Shown here piece by piece: positions 37,454-49,000 of a stretch of DNA of 64,000 nucleotides. The DNA is from Antedon mediterranea (taxonomy: Eukaryota > Animalia > Echinodermata), in contig NC_092674.1 in the NCBI RefSeq assembly GCF_964355755.1, positions 29,450,001 to 29,514,000 of the forward strand, in the 5' to 3' direction. Every line of letters begins with the position of its first letter. Position 1 is the stretch's first letter. The position numbers and the translations under genes were made by a program. The notes below the pieces were generated by a model. It searched no databases and was not told where the DNA came from. It worked only from the letters and a program-made list of their open reading frames with translations.

Positions 37454-39420
37454 TTATGCCGAAATTTTCATGAATTTTGAATTGCGTGGATTTAAAGCTC
37501 GCTCTGTCGAGTTCACCCCTATGACGTCACCATTCCTTTGTATACTTATATAATAGTGTGTGCACGGCGAGTAGATAGCCCCATGCAACCGCTCTGACCA
37601 AAGAGTGTTTCGTCGACCACCCTGTCAAACAAAAAGATTTGGTAACATTTATTAAAATTAAAAAATTAATAGTTTAAAAATTGTATATTGAGTGATTGAT
37701 ATAGAGCATCCTATCTAATTTGTTTGATTAAATTTAAAAAAATTTAATTCTCATTTCTTCGATAAAAAAATAATCGGTTACCAAATATACTAGTGTGATA
37801 TAAGCATCAAGCCGTCTTTACCTTGTGGTCCATCCCGTATTTTAATCACTTCTTCTCTGCCAGACCTCCCCTTATCCCCCTTGTGCTTAGCCATCCCATG
37901 CCCAACTGCTGGCTCTCCTCCATCCCTTGTCTCCCCCCCCCCCCCCCCCCACCCGCATGCTCAGCCTCCTCATACATTGTCGTCCCCTCCCCCCCCCCCC
38001 ATGTTGGGCCTCCACATCATTTCGCACACACTATACCTACCCTAGACCTTGCATAAATATCGCCACTTGTTTCGTTGACTGCTATATAATAATCATGTAT
38101 TTTATCTCTGTATTGTACCGCAGTGTTGAAAGTAGTCATATATATCTCAGCTAAACAAAAATAGACACAAATACATTATTAAATAAATATTGAACATTAG
38201 GACTCAAAACTGGGAAACATAAATGTGGTATAATAAAGCATGGAGGTATAAACCTCCATGAATAAAGCATGGAGGTATAAACCTCCATGAATAAAGTAAT
38301 ACAGTAATGTATAATATAATTATACAGTACTTCAAAAAAGAAAAAAAAAAACAAAATAAAACAAAACCTATAAGTAACGTAGGTGTTATCGGTATCACCC
38401 CCAGAGATGATCCACTCGCAAAATGGAGAAAATATCATACCACCAAATATAAAATGTCAATAAAATAGTTGATTCATATTGAGATTGTTCAGCCCCCCGC
38501 AAACCGGGCCGAAAATATACCGTTATTTAGGAACTAACATTGTACATAAATCTATTAATAACAAGTGCAAGTATTGCGCAAGAGCTATTTGATGGGCTGA
38601 CCGAACTGCAGACAGATAATATTATATAAGTGTTGCATTCTGTCTACCATGAGAACTGATGCAATGTTTGTCTGCCCTCCAGATTGGTTGAGGGCATGTG
38701 TCGAAAAATACGGGAATAAACCAATTTTAAAGCCCACCCTTAAAACACACATTTGCTTGTTGAGTAACTCCTCTTTCCAGTTTCCAGTCGATTTAATTTT
38801 TCGGAGCAGGTGTTGTGGAAGACCCTAAATGACTTAAAGGGGTTAGAATTTGAGACCAAAATCTCGAAATAGCACAGGAAATAACTACGTCGAAAAAAAA
38901 ACGTTTTCCTAATTTATTTCGGTGCGTATAACGTAACAATGATCTATTATTCCTGATTCTAGAGGATTACGTTTTCGGTAAAAATATGTTGCGTTTGTTA
39001 AGAGTAAATAATAATAACAATTCAATACCAGGTCTATGCTCTAGACTGAATTTCGACTTATTGGTAAAAAGATAAATATGTTTGCACGGTTCATACGTAG
39101 GCCTTATAATACTTGAGTTTGAACAAAAACAACATTTGTAAAATAATTATGTCTAACTTTAACTTAATTAATTACATTTTCGTATATTATATTCTGAGAC
39201 TGTGAAGTATATATATATATATATTATATTATAGTACGTTGTATTTTCCTTCATTTATTTACTACATGAAAACATTTTTGTAATATATTTGTAAATTTAT
39301 ATTTTAAGTTAGGGTGCCACAGATTAAAAGCTTTGCTTGCTTGTGGTTATCCTGTTTTTCACACTTTATTGTACTTAATTTTAATTTATATTTTTATGAA
39401 TGTTGTGTGAAAAATAAAAG

Positions 39421-39474
<54 letters not shown>

Positions 39475-41551
39475 CATCATACACAATTTCGGAAACGGAC
39501 GTCCATAGTTACACAAAAAAGTCATAAGCTACAGACTTGAGGCAAGTCTAATCATCTTGTTGATGAAAATAGTTACAGATGATGAATGCAAAAGTTACAT
39601 TCACAGAATGCGTGACTGTATTTTAAAAGATAATTTTAAAAGATAATTCAGCCCCCATGCTGATAACCTGTCTTGTACTTTATGTTTTGCTGTAGTTGGG
39701 GAAGAATCCTGAAATACCGAAGTATGTGCTATAATTATTTTTCAAAAAGAAAAACGCTGTTTTCTAAAATAACTAATAAATTTCTTTTTTTTCTGTTTTG
39801 CGACACCGCCGTTGTAACTGCACTCGAAATAGACCAACACTAAAACGTCGTTCCCACTAGAACGCAACGCAGCGACTTATCAACGCAAAGTGTTGTATTG
39901 CGTAATCACAAGTGGGAACCGACGACGCAATAGTGCTGCAAACATCGAAGGTTTGATTTCACGCAGGCGGGGGCAAACACAATTATTGGAAGGGAATTTC
40001 CTTGCGTTGCTAAAGATTGCGTTGCGTCGCTAGTGAGAACCAAGCTTAGCCATTGCTTTTGATTGGTCATTCGTTTGCGTTGCGGTGTACGTCCTTACAT
40101 TGCGTCCTAGTGGGAACCTAGCTTAGCCATTGCTTGTGATTGGTCATTCGTTTGCGTTGCGGTGTACGTCCTTACATTGCGTCCTAGTGGGAACCTAGCT
40201 TAGCCATTGCTTGTGATTGGTCATTCGTTTGCGTTGCGGTGTACGTCCTTACATTGCGTCCTAGTGGGAACCTAGCTTAGCCATTGCTTGTGATTGGTCA
40301 TTCGTTTGCGTTGCGGCGTACGTCCTTACATTGCGTCCTAGTGGGAACCTAGCTTAGCCATTGCTTTTGATTGGTCATTCGTTTGCGTTGCGGTGTACGT
40401 CCTTACATTGCGTCCTAGTGGGAACCTAGCTTAGCCATTGCTTGTGATTGGTCATTCGTTTGCGTTGCGGCGTACGTCCTTACATTGCGTCCTAGTGGGA
40501 ACCTAGCTTACATAACGGTGGTATTAACTATCTTTTAATGAGGACTTTCTCTAACAATTGGATTGTTTCCGTTTTGCTTTGTATCTTTCTTTTTTTCTTT
40601 TAAAATTATAATATGTTCTCTTCATTTCTGGAGTTATTATGAATAGGTTAGGTACCGTACACTCATTTTTCTCATTGTGTTTCAGTCGACTCGTTCGTTT
40701 TAAAATCATTTAGGTTAACACCAACTTTGTAAGTATGATATCAAGTGTCATAATGTCATAAATTACTCGACGATTTGAAATAACGATATTAGATCAGTTT
40801 TTTTCCCCAGTATTATTGGAATTGGAATATTACGTTTTTTTATAAACGAAGAAATGTGCGAATAAAAACGAAACATTTGTAAAACCTTGTTGGAGGGTCT
40901 ATAGAAATTCTAAATAAACCACCTATATTTTAAAATTTTTAAAATAAGTAAAACAAACAGAATGGGAAAATGAAGACTTCAGAAACACATTCATACGACC
41001 GAATACTATGTTAAACAAAAGAAAGAAGAACATTTGTGAGAATGACAACATAAATACTGTACTATCTGCAAGAAGTATACATACTTTGTCTAAAAAGTAT
41101 TCTAACTATTATAAAGTAAATTGTAAATGGTGACAAATTGTACAATAATTGTAGTGAATATTGACACACGGTACTTACATGCATTATGGTAGTTTCTTGT
41201 TGAGGTGACTTTGCCGTCGCCATGTACAACCAAAAACTTAGAACCATACCAAGTTGTTATTTTGCAAGTGTCGTTAACGGTACAAATCGTCATTAAACTT
41301 GTAAAATGGTGAAAAATTCTGACAGACTTCAGTCCTGTCCATGGTTCGAACGACATCCGGGATATTGTGGTTGATTCCAGCGCCGTTGTTGGTTCATCAT
41401 TTGTCGCTGTTGTATTTATGGTGGCGGTGGTTGATTGCGGTATGGTGGTATTGATGGTGGTAGTAGGTAAATCATCCGTCACCGGTGCAGAGTGTGTATT
41501 TAATGATAAAATACTCAAATATAAAGCTACTAGTAATGCATTTGTGTCCAT
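37454..41551 (-). CDS. Divergent secreted FGF-like (beta-trefoil) protein, about 216 aa, with signal peptide and Thr-rich stalk
   Basis: Minus-strand exons 41551-41179 (phase 1 donor GTAAGT), 38150-38041 (110 nt, phase 1 to 0, polypyrimidine/TTTAG acceptor, GTAGGT donor) and 37621-37454 (TAA). Motifs: KFLVVHGDGKVTST, YYIAVNETSGDIYA, LWSER, YYISIQRNGD, SKFMKI. The phase 1/phase 0 intron pattern with a ~105-110 nt middle exon is the canonical FGF core structure. Confidence 0.8.
39421..39474. repeat. (AATC)n microsatellite, about 13 units
   Basis: Read directly from the sequence. Confidence 0.95.
39844..40046. mobile_element. MITE family B (long subtype)
   Basis: GTTCCCACTAGAACGCAACGC...GCGTTGCGTCGCTAGTGAGAACCAAGCT; close copy at about 47164-47373. 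Confidence 0.8.
40047..40510. repeat. 77-bp x6 tandem array made of the right arm of MITE family B
   Basis: AGCTTA recurs at 40043, 40120, 40197, 40274, 40351, 40428 and 40505. Each unit ends in CTAGTGGGAACCTAGCT. Confidence 0.92.
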
Positions 41552-41608
41552 CGTGAATATGACTTGAGACCGGCTTGGCCAATGAGACCATGACAGCCTA
41601 GCCGGTCC

Positions 41609-41616
41609 TTTTATAG
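41609..41616 (-). promoter_or_regulatory. TATA box of the FGF-like gene
   Basis: CTATAAAA on the minus strand in GC-rich context, about 60 nt upstream of the ATG at 41551. Confidence 0.55.
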
Positions 41617-43006
41617 CCCCCGATTTCATTACGTATGCACAACGTCATTTCCCCCAAGGCACGCGTTGTTGCAATTACACCGCGTCCCGCGTGGACAACG
41701 GCATTTTATGTAATTTTATTTGCAGAACGAATTACTGTATTGTCAAAACTATATCAACTATAGACGTTTCCAATTAACCCTAACAAAAAACATGGCCGCC
41801 AATGGGCCCACCTGTTGCAGATATGATTTACTTTGATTTATAGTCTGATTGCGTCTATTATCATAATGGTAAGACGTTTTATGTAACACCAATTAAATTG
41901 GAACACATTAAATTCCGGATGTGTTCGTAATAAATCGGAGATTTTTTAAGTATTTCTTCGTGGAAAGGTATACCTTAAAACAATATAGGCCTAATACAAA
42001 TTAAGTTGTACGACGCCTTTTATCAAATTAAATTAGGCAATTATATCATGGAGGTATCTATTTTTATACCTCCATGATTATATTGTTTTGTTTGTAGGTC
42101 TTTCAATTGTGTGGCATTATTACATACACTGACTTTTGTTAACAACAATACGATAAAGACTGAGATAAAATAAAAGTAGGAGAAATCCTAACAAAAGAGA
42201 AAACGACATAACTCCAATAGACAGAGCACATTGTGTCTCTTTATTTAGAGTTACACTTTATTGTTTCATCTGAAATTATTCGGGGAATTTTCTAGCATCT
42301 CTGGAATTGGTTTTGTAACAGTGAAAAGTGTGACGTTGTAATTCCAAATAGTTTGAAAGAACTATCATGATAGGTGCTATAACAAAATTATAACCAAATC
42401 CCAATTCTATTTTAGATGAACGTGAGCAGTATTTGGAAGTGATTGCTTTCACCACACAAACAATGTTAAAACCTGAATCTGGCCTACCACTTTACTCAAA
42501 GATTATGCACATAAAGTGGTTGTAGGTAACAGTATAGAAACGCTCGAGTAACGAAAATGTTTAAATGCTGTTGAAATGGAAATGCATTGCAACCTACACC
42601 TCCCAAACTTTGAATGAAAAGAAGTTTTGATGGTGTTGCTGCGTTGTGTGGTGTAGTGTGAATTGTAGAAAGTAATTAAAAGAATGACGTAACTAAACAA
42701 TGCATTTGAGACAATTGAAAGGCCACGCTATTTAGCTCTTCTATTCTATCTATTTGGAGACAATTGATTTATTATTATTATTATTATTGTTATTTTAGCT
42801 CCTTTTGATATATATTTGTATAGCTTCTTCTACAGTGTATGAACAGGGTTTTCGTCTCTGAAATAAGTTATAAAACGAGGAACGCGGGTTGTTTTCCATT
42901 AAATATCGTGGACCATTAACATTGCATTCACTTGGCAGACACAGTTGAGGTGTCTTTGCGCGGGTACTATCTATTACACTGTTGTTATATAGTCGCCGCC
43001 GACAAT

Positions 43007-46000
43007 ATGGGGTATCTACAAGAAGTATGGGCTGTTCGACGTTTCTTAATCTTATATCTAACTCCAGTTCTGTTTTCTCCGATTCCAATATGCATCCAAA
43101 GCTCGGTAAGTTAGTAAAGACTTATATAAATAGATACGAACTACAATGTTGTATTTGGCTAGACAGTGTAGTACCTTTGGATGATAATTTTGAATATAGA
43201 TCTTATTTCTGGGAAAACGTACTTGTAACTCCGGTGTAACAGTTACCTTTATGGTGGAGGACTAAACTATGCCCTAATTTCCACCAGCTGGACCTTGTTG
43301 TTACCCACCCTTATTTGATAGAATACTGTCATAAAATAAGACCTAGTCTGAAGGAGACTACCTCATGAAAGTGCATACGGTCGGTGACTGTGACTACTGC
43401 AGATTATTAAACTTGTATATTTTCCAAACACAATCAATAATGTGGACTCTTCTTAGAAATATTGTATTTTATTTTTCTAGAAATTATTGGTACCGTACGT
43501 ATATTAGTAGGGCAGATTCCAAATAGGCCTACTTTTGAACGGCCGGTTCAGGAAAATAACGCATTGTTTAAGTAAAACTGATGCACAGTGTATATTCTGT
43601 TTATTTGTATTGACCCGCATAATCTTCTTCAAACGAGCAAATCTTTAAGTCATTATAGTTATCTTGCCAAGGGTATATGTGTCGGTGTCACTCAGCTCTA
43701 AGCCCATTTGTTCCTAGCTGCCACCATTTTGTGTCATCATAATCATTTTTTTTCTTATCTATATATTTATATGAGGGTCAAAGTTTTATTTTAAACTGCG
43801 GTCATTCCATGCCATCTTGGACTATGTATTTTTGTATTCTTATGGCTAATAAAGAAATGAAAATATTAAATCATGCAGAGAGAAAAATTTTGTTTATGAA
43901 AAACAAAATATATTTTTTCCTTTTCTGTTTCAGGAGGCATACACAGCGTATGTCATTATCATTATGGCAGTGTATTGGTGTACAGAAGCGATGCCATTGG
44001 CTGCTACGTCTTTCCTACCTATTATAATGTTCCCTCTTTTTGGCGTACTGCCTTCGAGCACTGTATGCGCGCAATATCTGAAAGACCTTAACTTTTTGTT
44101 TTTCGGGGGACTACTGGTTGCTGTTGCAGTGGAGCACACAAATCTACACAAACGAATTGCATTGAGAGTACTTTTGTTCATGGGGTCTAAACCAAAGTGG
44201 TAAGTGTGGCGATAGACGAGGTATGCGCCGCCGAAATGTGTTATAGTGATTTTATTATTATTATTTATTCAGGCAAAAGGTTTCTTGGGCTCAACGCAAT
44301 TACGTAGACCGTTGTATGTAAAGCTTGGTTCCCACTAGAACGTAACGCAAGGACGTAAACACAACGCAAGCGTTTTAACCAATGACAAGCGAAGTTATAG
44401 ACAGTTAGCAATCACAAGCGAATAAGCCATCGCTTGTGATTGGTCAATTCACTTGCGTTGCGTTACGTCCTTGTGTTGCGTCGCTAGTGGGAACCACGCT
44501 TAATTTGACTGACAGTCGCGACGCGAAGCATCATCCGAACGAAACAAGCTTAAGAGTTTAGACCATTGCATTGAATAGGGGTACACATGCGTTTGCTATG
44601 TTTTTATTGAATAAAGACGTACACAACATCTTTTCAATCCACTTAATTCACCACTGCACTCTACACCATGTTGACGGGCGTCAAATTATGTGTTCGCTTA
44701 TATTTTAATAACAATTTTGTTTGTAAAATTCTAGGTTAATGTTGGGCTTCATGATAACAACAGCATTTTTATCGATGTGGGTTAGCAACACTGCAACTAC
44801 TGCCATGATGGTACCGATCGTACAAGCTGTCATCGATCAAATTAAAAAGGTACAATTAACTTTTAAAATTCAGGCCCGTATGCAGCATTTATAATGGGGG
44901 GGTGCGAGCGAAGCGAGCAACAATGGCTGGGGGCCAGGGGGCCGCCAAGGGCCCCCGGTCAGTTATTTGACGTTATTGACGTTCTAAAGACTGATTTAAG
45001 ACTCTCTGTTGTGGCTTGGGCTAGTTGAACGATGGACACCAGAACTTAACGCTTTCATGATGAGGCCAACTCAGCAGGGGTGGCGCCAGGATCTTCCCGA
45101 CGCGGGGGCTACATTCCCCGACGAGGGGGCTATGCGAGCGAAGCGAGCATCACTAGGCTGAGGGCCAGGGGGCCGCCAAGGGCCCCCGGTGGGGGCCGCC
45201 AAGGGCCCCCGGTGGGGGTCGCCAAGGGCCCCCTGTGGGGGTCCAGTGGGCGAAGCCCCCGGAAGCAACGCGTTCTAGCGTCATTTGAGGTCTTTTTAAT
45301 CAGATTTAGGGTAGCCATTTTTTCCATTTTTTATAATGCATAAATAAAATACTGCGTGCAAAAAAACGATGCGCGATGACTGTTTCAATCCATATTTTTC
45401 AATTTAAAAAATAAAAGTTCAAAGAAAATTTAGAAAAATAGAGTTGGAGGTCCCGGAAATTGGACTTATTATACTTCAAAACATGAACAAAAATATATAA
45501 GTCCCTATCATGGGTTGTGACTGAGCTAAGAAATGTTTGAAAAATAGAGATGTTAGGTCCCGGAAAATGTACTTCTTGTTCTTCGAAATATGACCAGCTT
45601 TATTGTTGGGGCTGAGCTAAGAAAATGTTTAAAACTAGAGCTGCAGGTCTTCTGAAAAAATTGCATTTTATACTTTGGAAACATCAGGCCTAGAGGCTTA
45701 AAAAACGCAAGCGTAGACCTTTTTCAGTCGGGGAAATAAGTTTATTCCTCCCAGGTGTATGCATGCGTACCATCTGGACTTCCGAGGTGTGAGAAATTCA
45801 TGACATACAGGATATTGAAAATGTAATAACTATAGCTAATGTTGGCTAAGCGAAAATGGCATGTTTTTTTGTTTAGTAATGGATTAAAAATTTATTTTAG
45901 GTGCCCCACGGTACAGAAGGTTACTTGTAAATTAAAAAATTGGTGAACAAACGAACAATTAACATAATTCGTTTTTGCTGTAGTGTAGCGTACGTCGACG

Positions 46001-49000
46001 CAGTACACGACGTAACCGTCGGTAAACTTCGCCTGGAAAATAACACATTACACATTTTTGTCCCTGGATGAAACTTGATATCACGCGTCTCGACCCAACG
46101 TTGAATGATTCGTACAAAGGGATACCGCCAGACAAGTGCGTACCTAGCTAATGTTTAGTAGTAAGTTAGATCCCCGCTGGCAATAATGAATGCATAAAAG
46201 TGCATAATATCACTCTGACGAACTCTCACGGTCAATGGAACGTCGTGGTTTTCTAGGCGCTGAAGCTATAGGAAGTGAACGCGAACGTTTTTTACTGTAT
46301 ATTATATTAATATTCCCCGACAAACAGTACCCGTGTGTCTGTATTTCCAGACACGTCTTTACCGCCGGTTAAGTTGTCTGTATTTCTCCAGCAAACACTT
46401 TACCGCGTACCGCGTACATGAAGCGCTAAGCTATTGCTTGTCGTCACATGATCGACTGCGCATGTTTTACATCGAGTTTGTAGTCAGTTCATATTCCGTA
46501 ATTTAATTACCGGTATTTTTTCCTTTTATATTAGCATATTTTTGTTTGTATACCATTGATAATGTAAATTTTGTATATATATAATGATATTGTCTTTAGT
46601 TAAACAAGACAAGAAAAAATAACAACCGAGGAAATAGTGGACCTTTTGGGACTTGGGGGGGTGCGTCTGCACCCAACGCACCCCCCCCTGGATACGGGCC
46701 TGAAATTAGGCCATACGTAAAAGCGAACAATCTCATCAGTACGACGGGTTTCCATGCACTTATGCATTCGTACGAATCATATATTATGTATGCATTTTGT
46801 TCAAATCAATACAATTATTTATTGACTCCCATCATACGTTACAGTATTGTCATAGAAAACAAATAACAAACAGCACAGAACGAAAACAAATTAAAATGTT
46901 TACACCAAAAAAAAATACGTTATGCATAAATATCGTTTTCGATTTGCGCTTATAAATTCACCTATAAAAAACGTTTTTTAAGACAATTATTTTGTTAATT
47001 AAAGTATGCCATGGATATTTTCTACCGATCATAGTTGCAATTACAGTATTCCATTTTCTTCCTCCATTCGGTTGGATCTGCAGATAAGTCAGAGTTTCAA
47101 ATTGTATTATCTCCCTGTATAATAGTTTCGATAAAGGTTCACGTAAAACATGGTTCCCACTAAAGCGTGGTTCCCACTCTAAAACGCAACGCAGCGACGT
47201 ATTGACGCAAAGTGATGTGTTGCGTAATCACAAGTGGGAACTGACGACGCAATAGTGCTGCAAACATCGTAGGTTTGATTTCATGCAGGCGGGGGAAAAC
47301 CCAATGATTGGAAGGGCATTTTCTTTCTTTGCGTAGATTACGTTACGTTGCGTCGCTAGTGGGAACCAAGCGTTAGTTCCCACACAAGAACGTAACGCAA
47401 CTTAAGTGATTTTACCAATCACAAACGATGGATTATTCAAACAGTCGCGTGTGATTGGTCAACTCGCTTGCGTTGCGTCTCCATAGTTTAATAGTTTAAT
47501 CATTTGACCAATCATGACGCGATGGATACGAACTAGCATTGCGTCCACTCGTTACGTTGAATTTTTCAAGGGAACCAAGCTTTACATTATCCATTACTTA
47601 TCAGAAAAGAAAATGAGAAAAAAAACACCAATTATTAAAGAGTAATTGTAAATATATAACTTAAAGTTTATCGCTGTTATTAAAATTGATGTGTTATCCA
47701 TAACGGAGGCCGTCTAAAAAAACGGTGCTATACTTCTATAGCTACTAATAACTTGACCTTTGACTGTGTTTGTAGCATCAATTACCATCATTTTATTCTA
47801 TATAGAACGATGCTACCAATTATATAGAGTTAAACGCATTGGAAAATAACGCAGTTGAAGAAGAAAAAGAACCAAGGTTAGTGTGGTAAAGATACCATGA
47901 AATATAATTATATTATCTTAGTAGTTGAAATAAAGACTTGAACTTTCAACCTAGTGATCATGCACCCTGGTGGTAGGCCTACTACGCACATTAAACTTTT
48001 ATTTCTTGGAATTTTAATATAAAATTCCATGTAATTTTGCTAATAAATTGAAACACTTTAACAGTTGTCAGTTGATGTATGAGGGTTAATATGAGTTGAT
48101 GATCTCTTAAATGAACATCATTTATCATTAGTTAACAGGTTTATCTCTTTCAAAGAATGTTTTTTATTGCTTAAAAATATGAAGGAATAAATGTTAAAGA
48201 TAGAAAACCATTAAAATTGCCGTATTTGTTGAAGTGATTATTCGGTGTGAATGATACGCTTGGCTGGTTCGTCTTAATCGAAGTCGGCCAATCACAAGAC
48301 GTTTTGATTTGCGATCTGATTGGTCAAATGTTTTTTAATACTACAGGAGTGGACCCAGTGGTATGGGGTACCGGTAGAGGCGATTTGATTTTGAAATTAA
48401 TAACTACAAATACAACAGCATTTTTGTCTGTTTAATCAAAGACATGTCTATAATCTAACACTGTAGGTACACCGAACACAAGCAACATGGTATCAGAAAA
48501 AATGAATGGTTAACCAGGATGAACAAAGGCCTATTAATCTGCGTACCGTACGCCGCCAATATCGGTGGAACAGCTACAATTACAGGCACGGCACCAAACC
48601 TAGTCGCTAGCAACCTAGCGTCAACGTAGGTTGAAATGTCTTTACCGTTTACAGTAGACTTGCCTCAAGTCTCTGGTTATTTTGAGGCTTTTTTAATGTT
48701 TGTCTGAAACAGGAGTTCAAGTAGTACACGTATGAAACGCCATATGTGCAATAAAATAAGTAATATTAAGTAAATACTCCGACTGGAACCCAGACTACGT
48801 TTACATCTACGAACAGAAGACGGCGCCATTCAATTCTCTATGATTTACCATTACTGTACTTATGACAAAATGGCGCCGTGTGAATATATCCTTATCTAAT
48901 CTTAGGCCTAAGAAACGATAGTCGTATTTAAGACTAACCTGTTATTTCCACGGACAAACACGATAAATATTTGCAATAATTGTTGTTTTAATGTTTAATA

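Noticed and set aside
38368-38445. GMIFSPFCEWIIS segment resembling FGF exon 3 (GAIYSPCTHYYIS)
   Set aside because: In-frame TGA just upstream and no acceptor; 38150-38041 is the better exon 2.
45071-45343. Gly/Pro-rich ORFs
   Set aside because: Translations of GC-rich subterminal repeats of the 44871-46702 element.
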